From an uncultured Fibrobacteraceae bacterium (lineage in GTDB: Bacteria > Krumholzibacteriota > Krumholzibacteriia > LZORAL124-64-63), in NCBI GenBank assembly GCA_964384055.1, contig CAYLIV010000008.1, positions 25,166-89,165 on the forward strand: 64,000 bases of DNA, written 5' to 3'. Made by a program: the position numbers and the translations under genes. This document shows, piece by piece, positions 1 through 8,666 of this stretch (positions within the stretch are counted from its first letter, which is position 1; the number at the start of each line of letters is the position of its first letter). The notes beneath the pieces were generated by a model. That model was not told the origin of the DNA. It saw only the letters and a list, made by a program, of their open reading frames with translations, and ran no database searches.

Positions 1-78
1 ACGCTGCCCGACGAGGTGCATCGCTGTTTCCGCTTCGATAGGGATTTCTGGGCGGCGAAGACGGAAGCGTTGAAGTAG
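1..78 (+). CDS. 3' end of an upstream CDS (partial; ...TLPDEVHRCFRFDRDFWAAKTEALK*)
   Basis: Frame 1 is open from the window edge to TAG at 76-78, with GC-rich third codon positions; unidentifiable from 25 aa. Confidence 0.3.
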   Translation, partial: TLPDEVHRCFRFDRDFWAAKTEALK

Positions 79-375
79 GGCTGGCGGCGTTTAGCCGTCC
101 GAATCCCATGCGAGGAACTCGCGTGTCCCCAATTGACATCGACTGTCCTTGCGGGTACACAGATCGTAGCGTGGGTTTTTGGTTGTCGGATTTCGCCGCT
201 CATTTGCCATACCGCTTATCTTGCCAGTTATCAACGTATTAGCGGGACGTCTTCAAATAACACATCAAACGCCAGATATCACCGGCGCTGGTACCCTTCC
301 TGCAATTACCTGGGTCGTGATCCGGCCCCCCGGCCGTTGCCACCCCGAGATCCGACCCGATCAGGGAGAGAATCG

Positions 376-1080
376 ATGGAATACCGTACTCATCAGCTCC
401 GGAAATCCGCGCTGGCTTTGGTCCTGCTGACCCTTGGCCTGGTGATGGTGGCCGAGACGCAGAACGCACTGGCCGGACCCTGGCGCAAACACTCCAGGCG
501 ACCGCATACCTTGGCGCCGTACGAGTTCGTTCTCGAAGGCGCGCTGGTGCAGCCGGGCGACGAGCCCGCCGGAGATTACTGGACGACCGACCACGGTTTG
601 AGCACGGAGAACGGCTGGCAACTCGGTGGCCGGATTCGGTACTACGTCACCGGCAACTTCACTGTCTCGCCGTCCTTCCACTACACCGATTTCGGTGATT
701 TCACCGATATAGCCGATTTCGAGGATATCGGTACCGACCTCGGCTTCGAGATCTCCACGGCCATCGCCCGCTACGGGCTCGACTTCCAGCAGTTCCTCGG
801 CCGGCCCGGAGCCGAGATACGCCCCTACGTGACCGCCGGATTCGCCCTGTGCCACAACCGTTACCGCGACTGGATCGAAACCGACGGCACCTACAAGACC
901 AGCATGAACACCCTGGGCTTCGGCTTGGGGCTGGGGCTCAAGCTGGGCGGCATCGAGGTCAGCGGCGTCTACAACATCAATCGCTTCGATACCATCCGGC
1001 TGCCCTCGGCGAGCAATGACACGAACTACAACTGGGACAACGTCGTCGTCAGAGTCGGTTTTTCGCCCGTCTGGTTCTGA
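376..1080 (+). CDS. outer-membrane beta-barrel protein (OmpW/OmpA-like small barrel)
   Basis: RBS agggagag before ATG at 376. Signal peptide MEYRTHQLRKSALALVLLTLGLVMVAETQNALA. Alternating amphipathic beta-strand pattern with a C-terminal ...GFSPVWF (terminal Phe typical of OMP barrels). The ORF-track start at 133 is rejected: no signal peptide there. Confidence 0.6.
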   Translation: MEYRTHQLRKSALALVLLTLGLVMVAETQNALAGPWRKHSRRPHTLAPYEFVLEGALVQPGDEPAGDYWTTDHGLSTENGWQLGGRIRYYVTGNFTVSPSFHYTDFGDFTDIADFEDIGTDLGFEISTAIARYGLDFQQFLGRPGAEIRPYVTAGFALCHNRYRDWIETDGTYKTSMNTLGFGLGLGLKLGGIEVSGVYNINRFDTIRLPSASNDTNYNWDNVVVRVGFSPVWF

Positions 1081-1155
1081 GCCGCCGACGGCTTCACCTG
1101 GGAATGAGTGGTCCGGCCAGCAGAACAACGTAGCACAACAACCGCGTCGGACCAC

Positions 1156-2292
1156 TCAGCGCCAGCCCAGCAGATGACATGAAACGCGCCAGTACCCGAA
1201 ATGTCCGTCCGCATCGAGCGGGCGGATGTTTTCGATACGGTAAGTGATGGTATGTCGCCCGGGCGTGAGATAAGGACTCAGGTCCGTTTGTTCGGGCAAT
1301 ACCACATCGCTCGGGCACCAGCCGCTGCGGCTGTAGTCGCTGGACCAGGAACCGTCGGACCAGCGCCGGCAGTATGGATTCAGTTCCCGGAATCGCCGGC
1401 AATCATCGCGCCAGGGCCGCCAGCGCAACATCTCCCGGCCGTCGACCAGCACGACGTTGTCCTTGGTGATGAACTCGTCGGCGTCCCGGCCGTCGGTGCA
1501 GTGCCCGGAGACGAGCGCGTGGAGGTAGACGCGGCGCGTGCCCTCGGGAACAATGATCTCGGTGCTCATCTCCGGCGCCACGGCCGTCAGTCCCTTTTCG
1601 CTGAATAGCACTCCCTGCGCCCAGGCCGGATTGTCCAGGCATTGCGCCGACTCGAAACGCAACGAGAAATCCAGTTCCCAGGCCGGCGAAACCCAGGTGT
1701 CGATGAAGGCCTCGAACTCGCAGTGCCCCTGCAGCAGCGGCGCCAGGTGCGAGACGTCGACCTCGTGTTCGATGCGCCCGCCGTACGCGGTCATGAACTT
1801 GACGATCTCCACCGGCGCGCCGGGCTCCACCGATTCCGAGTGCCCCCCGGGGGGCGGCGCGGGCGGCAGCAGTCGGATGTGCCCCGCGCGGTCCCAGCGA
1901 TCGACCACCTCGGTGATGTTCTTGACGATGGGCCGCACGACGAGGTGGGCCGTGATCCGCACCGGACGCGGACGCGGCGGCAGCTCGAGGTAGGTGCGCA
2001 GCACGCGCCCCTTGTCCCGCGCCGAGACCATGGCGGTGTCGTGGCGGGTCGTGTCCTCCGGTGTGAAGTGCAGGACGTTGTCGTGGAAAACGGTCAGGGT
2101 CTCGCCGGTCGGCGCTTCGATGCGTTCGCCACAACCGCCGAGAGTCGCCGACAGCAGGCCGACGAGCAGTAGTGCGCGAGCTATCGCGCGGCTCACGCGA
2201 CGTGTCGCAGCCGGCGCCGCCACACACAGCGGATTCCCGGCCGGTATCGGGTTCGTATTCACGGCCGGATCCGGCTTCGCTGTCAGAGGCAT
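1156..2292 (-). CDS. PNGase F-like (peptide-N4-(N-acetyl-beta-glucosaminyl)asparagine amidase F family) lipoprotein
   Basis: Lipoprotein-type signal ALLLVGLLSATLGGCG. The C-terminal motif SRSGWCPSDVV resembles the PNGase F 'DRAGWCPGMAV' region, and two beta-sandwich-sized halves (~150 aa each) fit the family. Start uncertain: 26 aa precede the signal. Confidence 0.5.
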   Translation of the reverse strand: MPLTAKPDPAVNTNPIPAGNPLCVAAPAATRRVSRAIARALLLVGLLSATLGGCGERIEAPTGETLTVFHDNVLHFTPEDTTRHDTAMVSARDKGRVLRTYLELPPRPRPVRITAHLVVRPIVKNITEVVDRWDRAGHIRLLPPAPPPGGHSESVEPGAPVEIVKFMTAYGGRIEHEVDVSHLAPLLQGHCEFEAFIDTWVSPAWELDFSLRFESAQCLDNPAWAQGVLFSEKGLTAVAPEMSTEIIVPEGTRRVYLHALVSGHCTDGRDADEFITKDNVVLVDGREMLRWRPWRDDCRRFRELNPYCRRWSDGSWSSDYSRSGWCPSDVVLPEQTDLSPYLTPGRHTITYRIENIRPLDADGHFGYWRVSCHLLGWR

Positions 2293-2544
2293 GATCGAGC
2301 GCTCCCTCGGTTCGGTTCGTCAATGTCAACGCGCTTCATACTACAGCAAGTCGCCGGAAAGCCCACCTGCTTTGCACATCTCCCAGCGTCGGCTATCGAT
2401 TGCCCCGGGGCAACGACACAGGCCGGAAACAGGTCAACAACCGGCAGCCGTGCCTGCGACCGAGCCTTGCTCCCGGGCCAGGGCGATGCTAGGGTGCGGA
2501 ATCGATGCATACGCTCCGCGTCCATGAATGAAGGAGTACCGACC

Positions 2545-3846
2545 ATGTCCGACGTCGCGCACAGCCTGCCCGAGTCGAGCGGCAAGCAACCGTCCCGCGT
2601 CTATCGCTGGATCGTGCTGGTCCTGATCAGCCTGGCCATGTTCGGCAACTACTACATCTACGACAGCATCAGTCCGCTGGCCGACGTGCTGAAAACGCAG
2701 CTCGGCTTCACCGACGCCAACATCGGCTGGCTGCAGGCGATCTACAGCATCCCCAACATCTTCATGGTCCTGATCGGCGGTCTGATCATCGACTATCTGG
2801 GCACGCGCAAGGCGACGCTCATATTCGCCGCGCTTTGCCTGGCGGGTGCGGTGGTGACCGTGCTGAGCGGGCAGCTGTTGAGCATGGCTGCTGGACGACT
2901 GATCTTCGGACTGGGCGCCGAGTCCCTGATCGTCGCGGTCACTACGGCTCTGGCCAAATGGTTCCGCGGCAAGGAGCTCAGCCTGGCTTTCGGCGTGAAC
3001 ATGACCATCGCGCGGCTCGGATCGTATGCCGCCTTCAAGTCGCCGACCTGGGGCGCGGCGCTCTACGACGACTGGCGGATGCCGCTGTTGATCTCGGTGG
3101 GCATGGGTGTGATCTGCGTGACCGGCGCGGTGTGCTACTGGCTGCTCGAAGCCCAGGCCGAAAAGCGGTACACCCTGAGCGAGGCGGACGAGACCGACAA
3201 GGTGCGTTTCTCCGACCTGTTCCGGTTCGGGACCTCGTACTGGTACGTGGTCCTGCTGTGCATCACCTTCTACTCGGCCATCTTCCCCTTCCAGACCTTC
3301 GCCGTGAAGTTCTTCATGGAAGCCCACGGTGCGACACGCCAGTACGGCGGCGACCTCTTGAGCCGGCTCACCCTGTTCGCCATGATCGGTACACCGCTGT
3401 TCGGCTACCTCGCCGACCGCATCGGGAAGCGGTCGCTGCTGATGATGTTCGGTTCGCTCAGCCTGGTCCCGGTGTATCTGCTCATGGCCTACAGCGATGT
3501 CCACCTGATGGTGCCCATGGCGATCATGGGCATCGCCTACTCCCTGATCCCGGCGGTCATGTGGCCGTCGGTGGCCTACCTCGTGGACCAGTCCAAGCTG
3601 GGGACCGCCTACGGCTTGATGACCATGATCCAGAACATCGGCCTGGCGGGGTTCAACGTCCTGATCGGCTGGTCCAACACCCACTGGGCCGCCAGTCCGG
3701 AGAATCCCGTCGGCTACAATCCCGGCATGTGGATGTTCTCGGGTCTCGGCGTGCTGGGTCTGTTGTTTGCGTATCTGCTGCGCCGCGCCGAGACAGGGCC
3801 CAACGCCCGCGGGCTCGAGACGATCACCGTCAAGAGCAGCGACTGA
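2545..3846 (+). CDS. MFS transporter
   Basis: RBS gaaggag 6 nt before ATG at 2545. 12 predicted TM helices with MFS-like loop motifs (GGLIIDYLGTRK, GYLADRIGKR). The ORF-track N-terminal extension (2323-2544) is Arg/Gly-rich and not coding. Confidence 0.8.
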   Translation: MSDVAHSLPESSGKQPSRVYRWIVLVLISLAMFGNYYIYDSISPLADVLKTQLGFTDANIGWLQAIYSIPNIFMVLIGGLIIDYLGTRKATLIFAALCLAGAVVTVLSGQLLSMAAGRLIFGLGAESLIVAVTTALAKWFRGKELSLAFGVNMTIARLGSYAAFKSPTWGAALYDDWRMPLLISVGMGVICVTGAVCYWLLEAQAEKRYTLSEADETDKVRFSDLFRFGTSYWYVVLLCITFYSAIFPFQTFAVKFFMEAHGATRQYGGDLLSRLTLFAMIGTPLFGYLADRIGKRSLLMMFGSLSLVPVYLLMAYSDVHLMVPMAIMGIAYSLIPAVMWPSVAYLVDQSKLGTAYGLMTMIQNIGLAGFNVLIGWSNTHWAASPENPVGYNPGMWMFSGLGVLGLLFAYLLRRAETGPNARGLETITVKSSD

Positions 3847-3869
3847 CCTGTACGTTTACCGGCGCGGTC

Positions 3870-3900
3870 GTCAGGGGTCGGCTCGGTCACGACCCCTGAC
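3870..3900 (+). terminator. GC-rich hairpin after the MFS gene (11-bp perfect stem gtcaggggtcg/cgacccctgac, 9-nt loop; no U-tract)
   Basis: Perfect inverted repeat 24 nt after the stop codon at 3846; U-tract-less terminators are common in high-GC genomes. Confidence 0.3.
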
Positions 3901-4016
3901 CATCGCGCGACCACGGTCGGCGACTCATACGCACCGAACAAAACGCGACCACCTCTCGTAACATCCACTCTGATCCGTATCCCGTTCCGTGTCGATCCAT
4001 CCCCGGGAGGAAGACC

Positions 4017-4493
4017 ATGAAGAATCCGTTACGTATCCCGCTCGCGTGCGTTCTGCTGATGGTGTCGATCTCGCCGCTGCTCGCCGACGAGCATCCCGAT
4101 GCTACCGGCACGACCGACAACGCCGACGCGGAACTGGCGGCGATCGAAGCGACTGCCCGCGACTACATCGACGGCTGGTACGAAGGCGATGCCGAGCGCA
4201 TGGAACGCGCGTTGCACCCGGACATGGCCAAGCGAACTGTCCGTGCCCTGCCGAGCGGCGCCGAGATCCTGAACACGGTCACCGCCAGCAACATGGTCGA
4301 ATACACCCGCGCCGGTTTCGGCAAGCAGAGTAAAAAGGAAGACCAGCACAACGAGGTGCAAATCCTCGACGTACTGACCAACACGGCCAACGTCAAGACG
4401 ACCTCGCACGAGTTCATCGACTACTTGCAACTGGCAAAGATAAACGGTAAGTGGTGGATCGTGAATGTGCTCTGGGAACCGAACGACGGCTAG
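4017..4493 (+). CDS. NTF2-like / SnoaL-like fold secreted protein
   Basis: RBS gggagg before ATG. Signal peptide MKNPLRIPLACVLLMVSISPLLA. The ...DYIDGWYEGDAERMERALHPDM... and C-terminal INGKWWIVNVLW stretches are typical of the NTF2-like superfamily. Confidence 0.55.
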   Translation: MKNPLRIPLACVLLMVSISPLLADEHPDATGTTDNADAELAAIEATARDYIDGWYEGDAERMERALHPDMAKRTVRALPSGAEILNTVTASNMVEYTRAGFGKQSKKEDQHNEVQILDVLTNTANVKTTSHEFIDYLQLAKINGKWWIVNVLWEPNDG

Positions 4494-4528
4494 AACGACT
4501 GAGCGGCCGACAGCGGACCACGCCGAGT

Positions 4529-5089
4529 TCAGTCGAGACTCACGCTGACGACCTGGCGGACAACCGCCTGTTCGATCTCGAAGAACTCCTCGGGAGCGAA
4601 GCCGAAGGCGCCGGCGATCAGATTCGACGGAAAGACCTCGATGCGGGTGTTCAGATCGCGCACGTTGGCGTTGTAGAAGCGACGCGCCGCCTGGATTCGA
4701 TCTTCGGTGTTGGCGAGCTCGCGCTGCAGTTCGAGAAAGTTCTCGTTGGCCTTCAGATCGGGATAATCCTCCGAGACCGCAAGCAGCCGGCGCACCGTGT
4801 CGACCAGCACTTTCTCGTCGGCGGCCTGGACACCGGGCGAGCCCGTCGACGCCAGCGCCCGCGCCCGCGCCTCGGTGACCGCGGCCAGCGTCTCGCGCTC
4901 GTGGGCCGCGTAGCCCTTGACCGTGTCGACCAGGTTGGGAATCAGGTCGTAGCGGCGCTTCAACTCGGTGTCGATGCCGGCCCAGGATTCGCGGCACATC
5001 TGGCGGGTACGGACCAGTACGTTGTAGGTCAGGACGACCCAGCCGACGACCAGTACCACGATGCCCAGCACCACATACAGCATGGTCAC
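4529..5089 (-). CDS. lemA: LemA family protein
   Basis: N-terminal TM helix followed by the conserved LemA core (RRYDLIPNLVDTVKGYAAHERETL...ENFLELQRELANTEDRIQAARRFYN). Confidence 0.85.
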   Translation of the reverse strand: MTMLYVVLGIVVLVVGWVVLTYNVLVRTRQMCRESWAGIDTELKRRYDLIPNLVDTVKGYAAHERETLAAVTEARARALASTGSPGVQAADEKVLVDTVRRLLAVSEDYPDLKANENFLELQRELANTEDRIQAARRFYNANVRDLNTRIEVFPSNLIAGAFGFAPEEFFEIEQAVVRQVVSVSLD

Positions 5090-5784
5090 TCCTCACCCGC
5101 GCCACGGTCGCGGCTCTGGCCCTTGATCTCGCGCACGACGTACTCCGGAATCCGTTTATCGACGCCCCGCGCCAGCTTTATCGCGGCGTCGAAATCGGCG
5201 ACGTCGAAGCGACGCGTGCGGTAGACTATGATGTGGTCGAGCGCGAATTCGATGCGGAAGCGCGGCTGTGCCAGCAAGTACTCCATCATGCGGCCGTGGA
5301 TCACATCGTAGGCCCAGCGCTTGTCCGGCGAGCTGACGTGGAAGGTGCGGCTGAACTCGGCCGATTCGAAATCGATGTCGTCCAGGCCGATGAACTCGCC
5401 GACCCTGTCGAACATGTTCTCCGGCCGGATGAACAGCGGAACCAGGGGAATCCGGCTCCGCACGAACACCAGGGACAGGCGGTGCGTGTGCCGGTTCTTG
5501 CCGTGTCCGGTGGTGTACTCGTAGTCGCAGGCAGTCAGCTCGCGACCACCCAGCGCGCCGGTGATGATGTTCCTGGCGAAACGACTGTGGCCCTTGTGGA
5601 GTATTTTGACCGCGGGAAAGAGACGGCGGAATTCCTTGTCCTTGGTGGACTGGAATTGCAGCTTGCGCCCCATGGCCCAGGCCTTGAGCCGCCGACGCCG
5701 CTTCTTCTCCGCCTGGTAGTGGGCGTAGGCCAGCGCACCGAATATCAGTACCGCCAGCAGAAACAGAACAGGCCGAAAATCCAC
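5086..5784 (-). CDS. LemA-associated membrane-anchored protein (possibly DUF3137-like)
   Basis: Overlaps the lemA start by 4 nt (operon). N-terminal TM helix MDFRPVLFLLAVLIFGALAYA followed by a soluble domain. This matches the usual LemA + partner gene arrangement. Confidence 0.45.
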   Translation of the reverse strand: MDFRPVLFLLAVLIFGALAYAHYQAEKKRRRRLKAWAMGRKLQFQSTKDKEFRRLFPAVKILHKGHSRFARNIITGALGGRELTACDYEYTTGHGKNRHTHRLSLVFVRSRIPLVPLFIRPENMFDRVGEFIGLDDIDFESAEFSRTFHVSSPDKRWAYDVIHGRMMEYLLAQPRFRIEFALDHIIVYRTRRFDVADFDAAIKLARGVDKRIPEYVVREIKGQSRDRGAGEE

Positions 5785-5921
5785 GCTTCGCCTCCGGAAC
5801 GGTCACACCAACGAGTGGTCGTCCCCTGAATATCGTCGATTCAAGGCCAGGCCTAACCCGGAGACAAGGATTTTATTGCGCGGGCGGTCCGGGCTCTCGC
5901 CCGAGCAGCCTGCAGCCACGG

Positions 5922-6575
5922 CTAGTCCAACCGGAATCGGAACGGTAGTGCCATCCATACCGCCACCGGCATTTCGCGCTGCATGCCGGGACTGAAACGG
6001 CACCGCCGGGCGGCATCCACCGCTGCCCGGTTCAGCAGCGGGTGCGCACCCTGGGCAATGCGCGTCTCCTTGATCAGTCCGTTTTTCCCGACGCGCACCT
6101 CGACCGTTACCGTGCCTTCGATCCGGGACAGGCGTGCGATCTCCGGATAGTAAGGTTGCGGACAGAAGACGAGTTGCGGTTTTGTGTAGGAAACCCTGAA
6201 TTTCGAACCCCGGTTGCCCGTTCCGATTTCACCGGGATCGCGCAGTGGCTCATCGGGGAGCAAGAACGCGTCCCAGTCGATATCGTCTTCCATGAACGCC
6301 GGATCGTCAACGGGCTCGACGATCTGCGGTATGGTCGGTGCCGGCAGCACCTCCTCGGGCAACTCGATCGCCTCCGGGAAGGGAATGATCTCGATCACGG
6401 TCTGGCGCAATGTGTACGGTGCAGGCGTGTACCGCGGCGACAGGAAGAAGATCGCCAGGGTGGCCAGTACCGCGACCAACGCGGCCCAGCGCAGATACCG
6501 GTTGTACCGGAGCTTGAACAGATCGTTGGCGGACAGCAGCGACTCGCTGCGCAGCGTGCATGCGGACATGAACAA
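5922..6575 (-). CDS. tonB: energy transducer TonB (C-terminal domain protein)
   Basis: N-terminal TM anchor, a Pro-rich linker (PEEVLPAPTIPQIVEPV), and a C-terminal TonB domain (YPEIARLSRIEGTVTVEVRVGKNGLIKETRIAQGAHPLLNRAAVDAARRCRFSPG). Confidence 0.7.
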   Translation of the reverse strand: MFMSACTLRSESLLSANDLFKLRYNRYLRWAALVAVLATLAIFFLSPRYTPAPYTLRQTVIEIIPFPEAIELPEEVLPAPTIPQIVEPVDDPAFMEDDIDWDAFLLPDEPLRDPGEIGTGNRGSKFRVSYTKPQLVFCPQPYYPEIARLSRIEGTVTVEVRVGKNGLIKETRIAQGAHPLLNRAAVDAARRCRFSPGMQREMPVAVWMALPFRFRLD

Positions 6576-6808
6576 CTCGCTTCGTGTGGTGTGGGGTTTT
6601 CGGCTACGTGGGTTCGACGCGGACCGGGTGGGATCGTGCGCGAGTCGCTCGTCCTGGTCTTGTGGGTGCGACCAGCCCCTATCAATATTCGAAGATCGCC
6701 GCCTCCGGGCAACCTTGGACTGCTATTTAAGTGATGGTTGAATTAGCCGAAGCGTGTACACTGAGCCGCATCCGAGTCCTGTGGTACACGAGAACGGGAG
6801 AATCGAAC

Positions 6809-7501
6809 ATGGAGTATTCAGCCGAAATCGAGGAAATGTGCGTTGTCGCCAAGGGACCCGATCACGGTCCGGCGCCGATCCCGCAGGAGGGAACCTGGGT
6901 GCAGGCCAAGGGCGTCAAGGACATCTCCGGCCTCTCGCACGGGGTCGGCTGGTGCGCCCCCCAGCAGGGCGCCTGCAAGTTGACGCTGAACGTCAAGAAA
7001 GGCATCGTCGAGGAAGCGCTGGTCGAGACCGTGGGCTGCACCGGCATGACCCATTCGGCCGCGATGGCCTCGGAGATCCTGCCGGGCAAAACAATCCTGG
7101 AAGCCATGAACACCGACCTGGTCTGTGATGCGATCAACGTCGCCATGCGCGAGCTCTTTCTGCAATTCGCCTACGGCCGCTCGCAGACGGCCTTCTCCGA
7201 GGGTGGACTGCCCATCGGCGCGGGGCTGGAAGACCTGGGCAAGGGCCTGTGCAGCGTCACCGGCACCATGTACGGCACGTCGGCCAAGGGTCCGCGCTAC
7301 CTGGAGATGGCCGAGGGCTACGTTACCAAGCTCGCTCTGGACGGCAACGACGAGGTCATCGGCTACGAGTTCGTCAAGCTCGGCGTGATGATGGAGCAGA
7401 TCAGCAAGGGAGTCGATCCGGGCCAGGCACTGCAAGACGCCACGGGGACCTATGGCCGCTTCGCCGATGCGACCAGGACCATCAATCCCCGTCACGAATA
7501 G
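6809..7501 (+). CDS. NifU/IscU-like Fe-S scaffold domain protein with a ~100-aa C-terminal extension
   Basis: RBS gggaga. Three conserved Cys align with IscU: CAPQQGACKLTL ~ APACGDVMKLQI, VGCTGMTHSAAMASEIL ~ FGCGSAIASSSLATEWL, LVCDAINVA ~ LHCSMLAEDA. Confidence 0.6.
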   Translation: MEYSAEIEEMCVVAKGPDHGPAPIPQEGTWVQAKGVKDISGLSHGVGWCAPQQGACKLTLNVKKGIVEEALVETVGCTGMTHSAAMASEILPGKTILEAMNTDLVCDAINVAMRELFLQFAYGRSQTAFSEGGLPIGAGLEDLGKGLCSVTGTMYGTSAKGPRYLEMAEGYVTKLALDGNDEVIGYEFVKLGVMMEQISKGVDPGQALQDATGTYGRFADATRTINPRHE

Positions 7502-7515
7502 AAAGGACCAGGACG

Positions 7516-8514
7516 ATGGCTACATTCGAAGGATATGAACGTCGCATCGACCATATCGATACGGTGCTCGAGCAGCACGGCATGAAGGATCTCGAGCAGG
7601 CCAAGGCCATGTGCGACGAGGTCGGCGTCGATGTGGACGCGATCGTCAAGGGCGTCCAGCCCATCTGTTTCGAGAACGCCTGCTGGGCCTACACTCTCGG
7701 CGCGGCGATCGCGATCAAGAAGGGCCAGAAAGCGGCGGCCGAGATCGCCGCCACCCTCGGCGAGGGCCTGCAGGCGTTCTGCATTCCCGGATCGGTCGCC
7801 GACCAGCGCCAGGTGGGTGTCGGTCACGGCAACCTCGCCTCGATGCTTCTGCGCGAGGAGACCAAGTGCTTCGCCTTCCTGGCCGGGCACGAATCGTTCG
7901 CCGCCGCCGAGGGCGCGATCGGTCTGGCCCGCTCGGCCAACAAGGTCAGGCGGGAGCCGTTGCGCGTGATCCTCAACGGCCTGGGCAAGGACGCAGCGCA
8001 GATCATCGCCCGCGTCAACGGTTTCACCTATGTCCAGACCAGGTTCGACTACGCGAGTGGCGAACTCGAGATCGTCAAGGAGATCGTCTACTCGGAAGGT
8101 GAGCGCGGCAAGGTGCGTTGCTACGGCGCGGACGATGTCCGCGAAGGGGTGGCGATCAACCATCTCGAGGGAGTCGACGTGTCGATCACCGGCAACTCGA
8201 CCAACCCGACCCGCTTCCAGCATCCGGTTGCCGGCACCTACAAGAAAGAGTGTGTCGCCGCGGGCAAGCAGTACTTCTCGGTCGCCTCGGGCGGTGGTAC
8301 GGGCCGGACGCTGCATCCGGATAACATGGGCGCCGGGCCGGCATCCTACGGCATGACCGATACGCTCGGCCGCATGCATTGCGACGCCCAGTTCGCCGGC
8401 TCGTCCTCTGTGCCGGCCCACGTGGAGATGATGGGGTTGATCGGCATGGGCAACAATCCCATGGTCGGCGCCTCGGTAGCGGTCGCCGTGGCGGTGGAGC
8501 AGGCGATGAGTTGA
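7516..8514 (+). CDS. GGGtGRT family protein (conserved protein of unknown function)
   Basis: RBS gaaagga. Contains the family's namesake motif SGGGTGRTLHP. Lies 14 nt downstream of the IscU-like gene, a recurrent pairing. Confidence 0.7.
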   Translation: MATFEGYERRIDHIDTVLEQHGMKDLEQAKAMCDEVGVDVDAIVKGVQPICFENACWAYTLGAAIAIKKGQKAAAEIAATLGEGLQAFCIPGSVADQRQVGVGHGNLASMLLREETKCFAFLAGHESFAAAEGAIGLARSANKVRREPLRVILNGLGKDAAQIIARVNGFTYVQTRFDYASGELEIVKEIVYSEGERGKVRCYGADDVREGVAINHLEGVDVSITGNSTNPTRFQHPVAGTYKKECVAAGKQYFSVASGGGTGRTLHPDNMGAGPASYGMTDTLGRMHCDAQFAGSSSVPAHVEMMGLIGMGNNPMVGASVAVAVAVEQAMS

Positions 8515-8565
8515 ACCGCGCGGGCAGGCGAGACCGAATTCTTCGACACCGCCGCCAGCATTAAA

Positions 8566-8600
8566 AGAGGGAGAGCCTATACGGGCTCTCCCTCGATTTT
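8566..8600. terminator. bidirectional rho-independent terminator between convergent genes
   Basis: 11-bp perfect stem gagggagagcc/ggctctccctc with a 6-nt loop, followed by TTTTT on the + strand and flanked by AAAA (TTTT on the - strand). Confidence 0.6.
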
Positions 8601-8666
8601 TCGGCAGGACGTTTTTTCGACCTAACCGACAATACCCCAGGCACTTTCCTGGCCTGGTTTACGGCT

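Noticed and set aside
133-375. N-terminal 81-codon extension of the OMP ORF
   Set aside because: No signal peptide at that N-terminus, no RBS, and the composition changes. A good RBS plus signal peptide occurs at ATG 376. A TTGACA-N17-TACACA element at 133-161 could be its promoter, but the -10 is weak, so it is not reported as a feature.
1403-2329. 308-aa minus ORF and the plus ORFs at 1538-2172
   Set aside because: Alternative frames or antisense of the PNGase-like gene. Arg/Ala/Gly-rich low-complexity translations.
2434-3899. 416-aa minus ORF and 354-aa plus ORF
   Set aside because: Antisense or out-of-frame relative to the MFS transporter, whose 12-TM frame is unambiguous.
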